DNA from: Diadema antillarum
Lineage: Eukaryota
Reading direction: 5' to 3'
Assembly: GCF_040938485.1 (NCBI RefSeq)
Contig: NW_027271051.1
Span: forward strand, 1,488,001 to 1,552,000
Length of the DNA stretch: 64,000 nt
Positions 51,682-63,999 of this stretch are shown piece after piece. The translations under genes and the position numbers were made by a program. The notes under the pieces were generated by a model. The model was not told the origin of the DNA. It searched no databases and worked only from the letters and a program-made list of their open reading frames with translations. How positions within the stretch are numbered: the stretch's first letter is position 1; each line of letters opens with the position of its first letter.

Positions 51682-51832
51682 TCCGTCCCCCTCCAATCCG
51701 AAGGATGCGGAGAAGAGGATTCGGCGAGAAATTGCAAACAGCAACGAGAGACGGCGGATGCAGAGCATCAACGCCGGCTTCCAGTCGCTCAAGCTCCTCC
51801 TGCCCCACAGCGAGGGGGAGAAACTTAGCAAG
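51682..51832 (+). CDS. TFAP4: TFAP4 exon 2 (bHLH basic region, helix 1, loop)
   Basis: KRIRREIANSNERRRMQSINAGFQSLKLLLPHSEGEKLSK, near-identical to the AP-4 bHLH. ctccag and AAG|gtgagt sites. Confidence 0.97.
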
Positions 51833-51986
51833 GTGAGTGGTCATTTCTTGGTCACATGCAACTTTTGACGGCCTCCTACTTGATTAAAATGAAAGTACTA
51901 CTGTATTCAAATGAAGTAAATAGAACAAGAGAATTGTCTCTGACAAACTACTTTGTAATAACTTAAATAAGCTTGGGAAATCTTAA

Positions 51987-52347
51987 AGGGACTGTACAGT
52001 ACTGGTTGAGGTAATGTGAGATAATGAGAAACCTCGTATGAAATATGAAAGAGCATGTAATTTTAAGAAGGATGCAACGTTTATTCGATGAAAATTGGTT
52101 TTCAAATGGCTGAGATATAAAAAAAAAGTGATAATAATGAAAGGCGACAGGCCACGCCTTTTATTAGGATCTCTTTATTTCACCTTGTTTTGGGATATCT
52201 CAGCCATTTCAAAACCAATTTTTATCAAATAATTTTTTGATACCCCGTAGAATTGCATGCTCTTTGACATCTCATAGAGTGGTTTCTGAATATCTTGCAA
52301 AACGTTAAAAGCTAAATCCTCACCTCAACCAGAACTGTACACACCCT
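51987..52347. mobile_element. Kolobok-like MITE with TTAA TSD in TFAP4 intron 2
   Basis: TTAA|AGGGACTGTACAGTACTGGTTGAGGT ... ACCTCAACCAGAACTGTACACACCCT|TTAA. Confidence 0.8.
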
Positions 52348-52579
52348 TTAACTTGTTTGATTCAGTTGGCTCCGAAGGATGAAATGTACAGTTTTAACCT
52401 GATACTGATATATACATGTAAGGTAACCTGCTGAATTGTAACAACGGTTTAATGCCTCTGCCTCCATCACTTTTTTTTCAGCTCTATGTTTTTGAGAAGT
52501 GTATGCTATTGGCAGAATTTCCTAATTAAGTTTCATTATTTACCATCCCCCCCCACCCCCCCCCCCCCCGACCCTGCAG

Positions 52580-52843
52580 GCTGCCATCCTGCAGCAGACC
52601 GCGGACTACATCTGTCGTCTGGAGCAGGAGAAGACGCACTTGATGAGCCAGGTCCTCAACCTCAAGCGCGTCCTCATCAAGTACGAGAACAGCAACGGAG
52701 GCGGCGGGGACAGCGAGCCGGAGTCGCCCATCCCGCCCAAGAAGAGGAAGCGGTACGACAGCATGATGGACGAAGGCATCGGCAGCCCGGAGTCCTTTGA
52801 CGACACGCGGAGTACCGCCTCTGTGCCTCTCGATACAAAGAAG
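52580..52843 (+). CDS. TFAP4: TFAP4 exon 3 (helix 2, zipper 1, basic PKKRKR motif)
   Basis: AAILQQTADYICRLEQEKTHL..PPKKRKRYDSMMDEGIGSP. ctgcag and AAG|gtcagt sites, phase 0. Confidence 0.97.
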
Positions 52844-53393
52844 GTCAGTCTTGGAACTCTAATGTTGTCCTTATTGTGTCATAGTGTCTTCACAAAAGGA
52901 GGGGGGAGACAGTGTGAGAGTTTTGTAATTTTGGAAAAGAAGAAATTGTAGACTGCAATGCTTTAGAGTGTTAAGTTTTATCATGTTATCAAAAATTATG
53001 TTTAATTATGCTAGTGCCCTATGCAACATTAAAATAGCATTATGGGGCAGTCTGATTTTCGGGTTTCAGAAAAGTTGCTTTGTGGTAACCATGTAAAAAC
53101 TGTCACTCAGAGTGTTGAAGAAAAATTGCACAATTTGAACTGCTGTATCTAGCTCTCTCAGACATTAATAGTGGGTGGAAGAAAGTGTTGACAACCCATG
53201 AAACTTGTCTGTAATTATCAAGAGTGATATATCACCGTGCAACACTCTCCAAGAAACCTCGTCGTGACTTCCTGAACAGGAAGGCCTGTCACAACACAGA
53301 GGAGCCCTAAGTGGTCCTGCGAACTCCCAATGACCTTTCTTCCCTTTTACCTTTTTTTCCCTCCTCCCCCCCCCCCCCCCCCCCTTTTTGCAG

Positions 53394-53537
53394 GTCATGG
53401 AGGATAACCACCGCGAAATCATGGACCTGAGGGCAAAGCTGGACCGGGAGCGGCACTACCGGATGGTGGTGGAGGAAAGGAATCGATCCTTAGAGGCGCA
53501 GCTCTACCCCGAGAAGCTGAAGGAGCTGACGAAGAAG
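53394..53537 (+). CDS. TFAP4: TFAP4 exon 4 (second zipper)
   Basis: EIMDLRAKLDRERHYRMVVEERNRSLEAQLYPEKLK matches the AP-4 coiled coil ending YPEKLK. ttgcag and AAG|gtgggt sites. Confidence 0.95.
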
Positions 53538-54328
53538 GTGGGTGTGTCGGAGTCTCGTCAGTCAGCACTCTTAAAGACTCCCTCAGCTTCATTTCGTCCT
53601 GAAAAATTTATCATTTTGGCACCTTGAGAGTGATAGTATGATAGGAGGAGGGGGGGGGGGGGGGGTGGTGCCAAAGCCATGTTCTGGACCTCACCTGTAA
53701 GATTTTTTTTTTTTTTTTTTTTTTGTCACACCATGAATGACTCGTGTGCACTTTATTTGCATGTGCACATGTTTGAAGATCCAAACTTCAATTGCCAGCC
53801 GTGTTTGATGTGGACCTCTGCCAAGAACAGCTTGCCTTATCATGCTGCTCAAACACCCTTCAATCAATTGTACTCGTCTCTCCGACAGAATCAATAGACT
53901 TTGCTGCCATTGACGGGCAATACTCTGAGAGTATTGAGCTGAATACTTGTCCACCATTATTCAATGTCATCCAGTCTGCGTGCAGGGGCTGAGAAGAAGA
54001 CTATGAATAGTTGATTGCAGTAGAATGGTTTCGTCTTTATGCGATGTTCAGTGCTGCCTGCTTCTTTCAGTCTCATAGAAGCGGGTTTTTTTGTTTTGTT
54101 TTTTGCAAGTGCTTTATGAAACAGGCAGTTCCATTTTTAACATTTGTTGGCATGCTGGAAGAGCACAAGATTGAGTCTCCCTTTCCTTGTGGTAGTTGTT
54201 AGCATTTAGAAGAAATCAAACTCTATGACAGTACTTAGTGCAATTGTTTTCATCACGTGTACGAGTTCAATAGAATGAAGGCAAGTGCTGAAATGTCATG
54301 ATCGTGCTATCTTGCTTTCACAAATCAG

Positions 54329-54856
54329 GTGAGTCATGATGAACCAGCTCCTGTGGTCCCTTCCGAGGAGCTGAGGCGAAAAGAGGAGGTGGAAATGCAG
54401 CACCAGCAGCAACTTGCAATCCAGCAACAGCGTGCGCTAATGATGCAATACCACGTTGCCATGACGACACCCGCCCCCATCACCACCCCGGCACCCATCA
54501 CCACGCCTGCTCCCATCATGACGCCGACGACGTCGACCTCGCGGCAGAACCTGGAGACGATCTTTCAGGCGATCAGGCATCTCGAGGGTGAGCGCCCAAC
54601 GCCCGGGAACACGCCAGTCCAAACTCCATCCCACACACCGACCCCCGACGACGAAGCAAGGAAGGGCCGGGATGAATGTGATGACATCCTTCGCCGGGCA
54701 GAAGAGCGGTCGGTCATCCGTGAAGCAGAGTCCAGATTAAAGCCTGAGCCCATTGAAGAGACCAAGGTCTCTGATTATACCAAGGGGCGTGGGATCAAAA
54801 TTGAACTAGTCCATCCTCTGGAGCTGACTGCTCGACCAAGCATTATCGTTTCATGA
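54329..54856 (+). CDS. TFAP4: TFAP4 exon 5 (terminal coding exon)
   Basis: Contains TSRQNLETIFQAIRHLEG, the conserved AP-4 C-terminal motif (SRQNLDTIVQAIQHIEG in vertebrates). TGA at 54854-56. Total CDS 1173 nt, 390 aa. Confidence 0.93.
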   Translation: MSHDEPAPVVPSEELRRKEEVEMQHQQQLAIQQQRALMMQYHVAMTTPAPITTPAPITTPAPIMTPTTSTSRQNLETIFQAIRHLEGERPTPGNTPVQTPSHTPTPDDEARKGRDECDDILRRAEERSVIREAESRLKPEPIEETKVSDYTKGRGIKIELVHPLELTARPSIIVS

Positions 54857-57800
54857 GAGCTGCTTGTGGGCAAAATTGATGTATCATATTAAAACATGTA
54901 CAATACTAGGAAAAACCTTGATTATTTTGTCACTGACGTATTTATTCGGTAGCTTGAATTGCGCTCCACTGCAAATCTTGTAGATGCTCTAGAGTAGATA
55001 TGTAGTGTGCTATGTACAGAGAAAAAAAAAAGAAATTAAAAAAAAAAGCTATCAAAATTGTCCTTACAAAAGACAATATGTTTACAAGCTATCTGTAGCC
55101 TGGAATTTTACTTGCAGCAGTGGGCAAAAGGAGGGGGATTACTGCAGATAATGCATTAATTGCCCTCTCCCTATTAAACTTCAAACACTACCACCACTAC
55201 CACAGCTCAGTTTCTTAACAAAGTCACCTGATACCAATGGCCTTGGTGCAGTTTTGTCTCTGGGTGCAGTAGCCTCACAGCGCCGGTGGCAGGATGCATG
55301 AGGAAGTATTGCATCCTGTAGGAAGTTGCTCGTGGTGGTTTTGGTTTTCAAATTCCTCTGTGAAAGGTCTTGTTTGGCAAGGGGAATTCCCAGACCCCGA
55401 CCCGAAATCCAGGGCTGAATCTCAATGGATTCCGGAAGAGGCCGCGGTATCAGATAAGAGTTTCGGTGGTCTTAGGATGTGTGGCCTCTTTAATCAATTA
55501 GCGGATCACACCAATTGTCATTAACTCTCCTGACCATTTTTTTTTCTTCTTTCCTACTTTGATCCGGCAGATGTATCCATAATGGCAATGGTCATTTTAT
55601 GCTAAATGATGATTTTTGATTCAGTAATGTGATTTTGTTATTATTGTGCCAAAATGTTTAAATTTGCATCTCATAAAGATATATTCTGTTCACTTGTCCT
55701 ATGTTTGGACAACATGGGCTGATTAAACTGAAAGCGATAGTGGTGTTGAGCTGTCAGTGACGGGGACCACTCGATTGGTGAGACATGCAGCTGCGTCTTC
55801 AAAGGAAGGAGGGGAAAATGAGATTAGAAACTGAAAATGAGATTAGAGCTTCAGCATGCAGCGAGTGTGAGTCTAGTCCCTGGGTTATCAGTGTGGTAGG
55901 AAACAGATGACAGAAGTATTCCCTGGGTAAACACCAGTAACAGTTCGTGGGATATCCTCAAACAAATGTTTGTGTTTCTTTTTTTTCTCTCTTTCTCTTT
56001 CATATAGGTTAAGGCCAGATTTGCAGTCTGTTTTTACAGCTGATAAACTCTTTCGGCTGAATGGTGATGCCACATTAAAATATTCCTTGCTTTCTCAAGA
56101 CTCAATTCTGGGTCTCTCGTTCACGCGTCGAGCCAGAATTATGGGATAGTATGCGCTGTTTTGGGGGCAGTCGTGGATATTTCTCATAACTCATGTAGGA
56201 GACCTCTTTAAGTGCAACAAGAGGGATGAGTAAGGCAAGCAACATTAATCACTTTCCTGCCCCTGTCCCACGTAATCTGCCGATTAGAATGCCACATTGT
56301 GCATGTTGGGTTGCTCCTTCTGGCATTGACGGTTGGGGGAAACCTAGCATGGCCCAAATTTGTTGGCTCATGTATAGGGCAAGTCACGGGATACTGAATC
56401 ATAAATGTAGAGAAGTTCCCCCCCCCCCCCCCCCCCCCCCCCCCTTGCATACAAACACACGGTTCTCTGTCCATTTTTAATTACAACATGTCTCTGACCT
56501 GTGGATTGTGGATGGGGCACTTTTTGATGAATGGCTGCTGAAGGTGGGAATTTGCCTAACATAGGATTTCAAAGTCATTTTTTTTTCTTCTCGCAAGAAG
56601 AAGAAGAAATGTGTGCAAGGCAGACCCATTCCAATATCTATACTACCATTGCATTCAGTGTTAGGTTGCTGTTCATTTAGGATCCTTAGGCTATGAATTG
56701 CCAAACTGCAGATTGTCATCATGCGGAGTGTTGCACAATCACCTTTTAATACAGCAGATGAGATGAACCCATGGAAAATTGAATCAAAATGTTGAAAAGT
56801 TCTAGTTCTGAAAGTGTACAAGCGTCCTTAAACTACCCAATTTTCTCAGATTTCTTAGCCAACTTTCTACAGTTTTGAGATACCCTCAAGTCCTGCTCCA
56901 AAATATGACACATTGCTGTTGGATTAGAGCGCTGTGGCTGTACATGTCACTCTTGCCCCCCCGGCCCGACGTTGGCGCTGTGGTAATTTTCCACTGGAGT
57001 CAGACAGTCAGACAGTCATTCATAGCCAACTTCCTCCCAGAGTATCACTGGCAGGAAGATGCCACTTCCATGTGGGGGGGAAATGAGACACAAGCCCCTC
57101 ATTTCCTTTCGCTTTCTGCAGGCAAGTCCACGCAGGCTCCTTTGCCGGAGGCTGCGTCTTGCGTACAAGCACCCCCTGTTGGAGGCACTGTGGCATTAGC
57201 CAATGGTCGCCCAGGGGGGAGTGATTAGTCCATCCTGAAAGTAGTTCTGGCTGGAAACTTGTCTATGCATGAATCACGAAGTTTGTGTCGAAAAAGAAAA
57301 AAAGAAAAGAAATCCAACAACTTGCATTGACTTGCCTTGTCATTATGACAAAAACTAAGACAAAGTTTGGGCCGTTTTTACTATTTTTCCCCCCTTTTTT
57401 CCTGTCGTGAGTTTGGAAGCCCTCTGTATCATTTGTAAATGTTGACAGTGTGTCCCTTATTCTTAAGCCTAATATGGTTGAAAACGAATGTTTTTACATT
57501 CATGGACACAAATTCAGAGATTAGCTTCACAGAGTATCCACTGTAGATTATGTAGCAAGCAAACACTGCCATTGAAATGCAAGTAGAAGTAGATATTTGA
57601 TATAGATTTAGACATAAAGACTGGAAAAAAAAAGAAATTAAAAAAAATGTGAAATTGAGATTTGAATGATAGTACGAAAAATCCTGTGTGACAGGCAGTA
57701 CTTGAAAAAGAATACATTTTGAAGGACATTATTTATTGTTATTCAAAGGAAAGTGGAGAGTGAATGACACAAACTCATGACTAGTTGGATAGTATACTGA

Positions 57801-58155
57801 GAAATGAACAGACTTGTAAATAATGTACAAAACCTGTTTCGTGTTTCTCTGTGTTTGTAATACCAGTTGATTTGTGTTGTTTGTGGTAAACACTTGTTCC
57901 AGAGCTCATGAAAAGAGCAAAATAAATTTGAAATAGAAAAGACTATTTGTTCTCATTTGAGGTACATTGTATATGTGGTTCATCGCAAAACTAGGGCAAA
58001 TTCTTAAAAGTTGTGTTCAAATCCTATGCTGTTTAAAACGTCCAAGTGATACATGTATTGCAGGCCCTCAGCGGAGATTAAGCTGTACATTAAAATGATT
58101 GGATTTCATAACATTTTTAGGGAGGGATGACTTTCTATGCAAGTATGAAAATAAA
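54857..58155 (+). other. Probable long TFAP4 3' UTR
   Basis: T-rich, CpG-poor, no convincing ORF. First downstream AATAAA hexamers noticed at 57921 and 58150. The true end is unknown. Confidence 0.35.
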
Positions 58156-60630
58156 CCTCGGTGTTTGATGTGTCTCTCGTGTAATTTGAATTGGAAGGCT
58201 AAATTGGCCAACACCTTTTGTCCCAAGATAATATTCACACCTGTATTTTCAGTTTTCGAGAATTGTGTCTGTCGAGTGTATTCATGTTTGATACGTTTCA
58301 CTTATTTGTGTCATTACCTCTTTTGTTGGTGTTGGATATATTCCAATTTTGAATCTTGATTTAGGACAGGGAGATTGTGTGACAAAATTGATGTATTTTA
58401 ACTTACTTATCAAGCAGCTGATGTACTACATGTATTGTACCTGCTCAGCTATTATCATTATTCTTTTTTTTTTCTTTCTTTTAAAGATGAACTGTTCCCT
58501 GCCAAATCTTTCAAGCTTATTTGCAAACCATACGTGATTTTTGCTTTCTTTTGATGGAAGATTGAGTACTTCTTGCAACTCTTTTGTTCAGTGTGCATGA
58601 TTATCTGCAGTTATCATGCTCCAGCCACTTACAATGTGTAAAACTTGCAGAAGTCAACATATTGTCAACATTGAAAAGAAAAATGCACAGAAACTTTAAC
58701 ATTTGCCCATTGACACTTTTGTTCTTCTGTGCTTATATTATGGATTTTTTAAAATGTCTTTTTTGTGTGTTACCTCTTTTGGAAATCACCCTCTGTATTC
58801 TGAAATATTTTCCTGTAAACTTGTAGAAAGTTTTCCTAATTTCTTGCTTTTTGTGCTTTTTCTTTCTTTGTGTCTGTTATTGGCCCATCCTGGAAACAAA
58901 GAACCAAAGAAACTGTTTTCTGAAAGTGTATTTATTGAACGATGCCCCTTTGTCTTTGAATGACTGTGTAAATCTCAATAGGAAAGATAATGACCCTTGA
59001 AGCATATCTTGCAAATGCAACAGAAAGGGAATACACATATTTTGTTTTGTCCTTCAGTAATGCGTTGAAATGCGTTGATGAAATGTTTAATTTGCCGAAT
59101 TTTGCACTGTTTGCCTTCAACAGTCCTCTCTGAGCGTGTATTATATATTCTCCCCCCCCCCAACTTTAAAAAAAAAGTCTCAATTAGTCACGTGTGTGCT
59201 TTTGTCACTGACACTTGGCATGTGACTGTTGTACATATGAATCTCAGACTGCTATATTGTGTGTTAAGTTATTCCACCTTATCGTTCGTTTCATACTGTC
59301 AATATTCCTTACTCGAACATCAGTTTTCATTTTTTTTTTTGGTGTGAAAGAGATAGAAGGGTTTATGTCATGATAATATTGTGGAGAGTATATTTTGTTT
59401 TACCATGGCATATGATGTCACTATAACAGCATGTTTATTTGTGTTCATGTACATGGAGAGATGTCTTTATGATTGGTATAACTTATAAGAGAAAAAAAAA
59501 AACAATTGAGATTTTATCTTGATACGGAGCATTTATCCGTAGGAATTTATATATGATAATGAGAAGACAAGGTATTAGATGTCTTCAAGGCTAGTGCCAT
59601 GTGTACAACTAATATTGAAGAATGAAAAAACAAAATGAAGCAAAACAAGCTGTTGTTTAGAGGCATATGTAATGTAATTAAGGTAAAGGTTCCACTGCAG
59701 TCATTTCATATCTATAGACGCAGAGCAAGGACAAGCCTCCTGCTATCATTAGCGTTGCACATCATTCCATGTTCAAAGCTTTATGTGTGTAATCAGCAAC
59801 CATTCATGGGAATGTTGTAAAAATGCGTGATCAAGCTTGATAAAGGGACAATCGTTTCATTTTGGAATTTCACGATAGTCGTGGTTCATGGTGTTTGTCA
59901 CCTAATTTTTACATTCCATCTTTCCATTACTACTTACTTGGTAATTATTCACGCACGATAACCTCTGAACCATCAGTGTATGGTGCAAGGCACGTAATCA
60001 TTCAATTGATAATGTTAGGACAGAACACCTACAAATCCAATGGCAACTTGTTTGTGTTGTTAGCCTGAAAACTGTTTGACCAGTATGTTGCCTTTAACAA
60101 TTGTGGTGAATGTCGTCTATGTGTCAATTTTCAACATCCCTACCCCGACCCCTTGATTCTTTTCGGTTAATGTAAACTGACTGAATTGTTCAATACCTAG
60201 CCTGTTGTGCCGATATTTTTTCCCCCGTTTGTGTGGAACAAGAACACCAGAGAAAATAAAAAAAAATTAAAACTGTACAGATTTTTGCATTGTCTATTTT
60301 TTCAATGGAATAATTGTGGTTATAAAAGTAGACCCTGAAACAGTGTATAATACAGTGTAATAGGTATATGTAGGTAGAGAGAGAGAGAGAGAAAGTGAGA
60401 TGTGAGAGAAAGAAAGAGAAAGAGAGGGAGCGAGATGGAGGGATGAAGAGGGAGGCAGATATGTACACTGTACTTTGTATAATTTTATGTGCACACACGT
60501 ACGTATATACATAAATGCACAGGCCTAGATGAATATATACGTGTACATACATACATTCAAATGTAGGATACATACACACATACATACATACATAAAATGA
60601 ATACATACATACATGCATACATACATGTAC

Positions 60631-60882
60631 ATGAAGAGTTTGTGTGCAAAAACCGATAAGTCCATTTTTGAAGATTTTTAAGTACGGTTTCTGTCATAAA
60701 GTACAAAATAATACCTTTTAAATGATACATTGGTCACTACCTGTAAAGGCACATTTTTAAAGTTATGGTCAAAAGAAGCAAAAATGTTCTTATTATTCTC
60801 TTTGTTTTTCTTGACCTTTAATCGCAAATATCTCCATTTGGCAAATATGGACTTATCGGTTTTTGCGAACAAACTCTTCACA
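60631..60882. mobile_element. MITE with about 35-bp TIRs
   Basis: tgaagagtttgtgtgcaaaaaccgataagtccat versus atggacttatcggtttttgcgaacaaactcttca. Confidence 0.75.
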
Positions 60883-60937
60883 TGCATACATAAAGAAGAT
60901 AGACTGGAAGAGAAACAGCTGATGCTGTACTGGTTAA

Positions 60938-61496
60938 AGGACAAGTTCACCTTCATAAACATAAGGATCGAGAGAATGCAGCAATTTTAGTAGTACACAT
61001 CAGTGAAAGTTTGAGGAAAATTGGACAATCGATGCAAAAGTTATGAATTTTTTAAATTTTTGTGTTGGAACTCCTGGACGAGGAGACTACTACAGCTTGT
61101 GATGTCATATGAGTACAACAGTATAAAGAAAATGTAAAGAAAATTCAACATATTTTCAATTTTTTTTTCACATAACAAAAGAGCATTTGACTTGCCTCTT
61201 TCTAAAGGCAGGGGGAATAATATTACCCATAACATAATGTCGGTAACGAGTCAAGGGAATGTGTACTTTTTTCAAAAGATGAAATTTGGTGAAATTCTCT
61301 TTATATTTTCCTTATATTGTTGTACGCATGTGACATCGTACACTGCAGTAGTCTTATCCAGCGGTTACTGCACAAAACTTTAAAAAATCATAACTTTTGA
61401 ACGGATTGTCCGATTTTCCTCAAACTTTCAATGATGTGTTCTGCTAATATTGCTACATTCTCTCAATCCTTATGTTTATGAAGGTGAACTTGTCCT
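60938..61496. mobile_element. Kolobok-like MITE with TTAA TSD
   Basis: TTAA|AGGACAAGTTCACCTTCATAAACATAAGGAT ... ATCCTTATGTTTATGAAGGTGAACTTGTCCT|TTAA: 31-bp perfect TIR with longer imperfect arms. Confidence 0.88.
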
Positions 61497-62223
61497 TTAA
61501 TGGAGTGAGGAAGAGTTATCTCTGAGTGCGATGGTTTCTGTACATGTTTTACTTCATATTCATTTGATTGAATGGAGACACAGATCATGACGCGAGACAT
61601 GGATTTTTATATGGGAAAATAGCACGAGCAAATTATACATATTGTATGCTTTTAGGGCATAAAATATTAGTTGTAACCCGTATGGAGAGGCTTGCATACC
61701 GAAGGATTTCCAGTGATCAAGAATGATTATTATAACGTGACTGTGTTCACAAGGATAAGCCATGAATATTTCTTTCTCAGTGCTACTTTGCTGCGTGATA
61801 AGTGAGATTTAAGAATCATGTCACGATAGACGATCGTGGTACAGAATGTACGCGTAGTATGGTCATGACTACCGAATAGAAGGATGAATCAATCTCCTTG
61901 CTAATCATTAGGGTCTACTAGTGATCGATACCGGTTAACGATCAATTTTACCAAAGCTAAATCTGAGGGTCGTGAAAAAGCACTACATGAATCTCCAGGA
62001 ATGCAATGTATTCATGGACCCTGATGGTATTATGAGGGAACCCTGACCATGCGATAATGAAAAATTTTGATAAGCAAAAAATAATACATGTAGTTATAAT
62101 ACTGTGAGAAACATTTCGTCTGTATCAGCGTTATACAGCGTGGATATATCTATCTTCTGACGATTTGAATGCCAGCAGAAAGAGGAAAGTCAATTTGAAG
62201 ATCCGTTTTGGTCCTTTATTGTG

Positions 62224-62411
62224 CACTGTAAGAAAAATAGGATCAACTTCACTGCTTTACGTGACACACTGGGAGCACCATTATGGGTTCAATTTTGCAC
62301 ATTACAGATCAGAAAGGTGCAAAGGTGCACCTTTAAAGATGCTCACTGGTCTGAAAGGTGTCAAGTTGCACCCACACAGGTGCAAAGTTGAAGCTATTTT
62401 TCTTAGGAATG
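62224..62411. mobile_element. Degenerate CAC-ended MITE
   Basis: cactgtaagaaaaatag ... ctatttttcttaggaatg|TA, with internal GGTGC/GCACC repeats. Confidence 0.45.
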
Positions 62412-62464
62412 TAGAGTAGAATAATACGTTACAATCTGTACGGTGAAAGTCAATTCTGTGCTTA

Positions 62465-62996
62465 CACTGTAAAAACATCGGTGTTACATTCAACACCACG
62501 GGTGTTAGATCTAACTTCGATCAAACTTCAATAGAGGACCACACCCACAGGTGTTGAAAATGCACTGTGATGGCGTTAAAAAGTGTTCACCTGACACTTC
62601 GTGGTGTTAAGTTGACACTGTACCTGGTGTTATTTTGACACTGTACTGGTGTTAATTCAAAAATGACACCACATGGTGTTGATTTGATATTTGTTGGTGT
62701 TAATATCAATGGTTTAACACCCGTCCAGCTTCAATAAGAGACCACACCAGCTGGTGTTACTTTGGCGTAAATTTATTTTCACATTTTTTCAAAAATCTAG
62801 TATTTTAATGTAAAATTCATGATCGTCTTGTTTAAATCAAAAATCAACAAGAAGTGCAGTTACTGAGAAACTCTTCAAAAAAACAGTTTAAAATTGGGAA
62901 ATGACACCCGGAGGTGTTGATTTAACACCATAAATGAGCACCAAACATTTAACACCAGCTCAGTGTTCACTATTTAACACCGTACTTTTTGCAGTG
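62465..62996. mobile_element. EnSpm/CACTA-like MITE with TA TSD
   Basis: TA|CACTGTAAAAA ... TTTTTGCAGTG|TA, with many subterminal GGTGTT/AACACC repeats. Confidence 0.8.
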
Positions 62997-63825
62997 TAGA
63001 GATGACTATTATGAAGACGTAAACAATCAAACATTTAGCAATGAAAGTTAAAATCGGACGAAAGACGAGAAATATTTTAAACTGTCAGGTTTCACATGTT
63101 ATCCCATGAATACAGAGTATTGAAATTCAGTCCAGATGCTATGCTAATTACCTGAGAAAATGATATCAAGGCCTTACAAGTCTTCACTATAGATTTGTAT
63201 GAATTAAAGGGTTTATAAAATGTATAATTCTTTACGTTTAATTTTTCTATGAAGTGCTAACAATATTTAGCAGTGACGACTTTATACAGGAGGGGTCTGA
63301 CCCTGAAATTTTGACAAGAAAGAGTTTGTGGTCATTATAAATACAAACCAGTGGAAATAATATGAGACCATAAATGCCATTGTCGCCTCTTTGGATATAA
63401 GGACCAACAATCGGGTAAGTGGCTTGTTGGCCCTCTGCGAAACAAAGTTTACTCTCAAATAACTGGCACGAACTGAAGCCGGCGTAGTGACATCTTACAG
63501 ACTAGTTACTTAGTATTTCTGTTAGAAAAACAAAAAAACAAACAAACAAATAAACATACACTGTCGTTCATCAGCCATTTCCTTGTGACAGGTTCACAGT
63601 ATAACGAGTCAATCCCATCATTATTACTGAGGTCAGGGAGGGTTCCCTTTGGTTTGTCTATTCGTCAAGTCAATCTCGTATCGAAAGAACAGTAATACAG
63701 TCATCGCATTAAGTGTCATGACCAGATTTCTACTTAGTAAGCCCACCTACACCTTAATTGATTGGGTCGTTCGTTGTGTTTATGTCTTTTGAATGAATTG
63801 ATGAAAGGATAAATTCTCCTCGAAA

Positions 63826-63999
63826 TTATATTTTTCTTCTATTCCTAACCTGTCTTTCGAAACAATGTTTAACAGAACTCAGGTTTGCTCTTCCTTGTAA
63901 ATGATACCCAGCTGTTGCTAAACTTCTGGGTAATACATCTGATTGATGACTGATCACGTGGCTCTGGAAGACGTTGAGGGCGTCGGACAGTACTCTGCA
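63826..63999 (-). CDS. Possible 3' end of a neighbouring gene truncated by the window edge
   Basis: GC3-rich codons at the edge (CTG TCC GAC GCC CTC AAC GTC TTC CAG AGC CAC): CRVLSDALNVFQSHV...*. The frame is ambiguous; an alternative frame ends AEYCPTPSTSSRAT*. Confidence 0.25.
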   Translation of the reverse strand, partial: CRVLSDALNVFQSHVISHQSDVLPRSLATAGYHLQGRANLSSVKHCFERQVRNRRKI

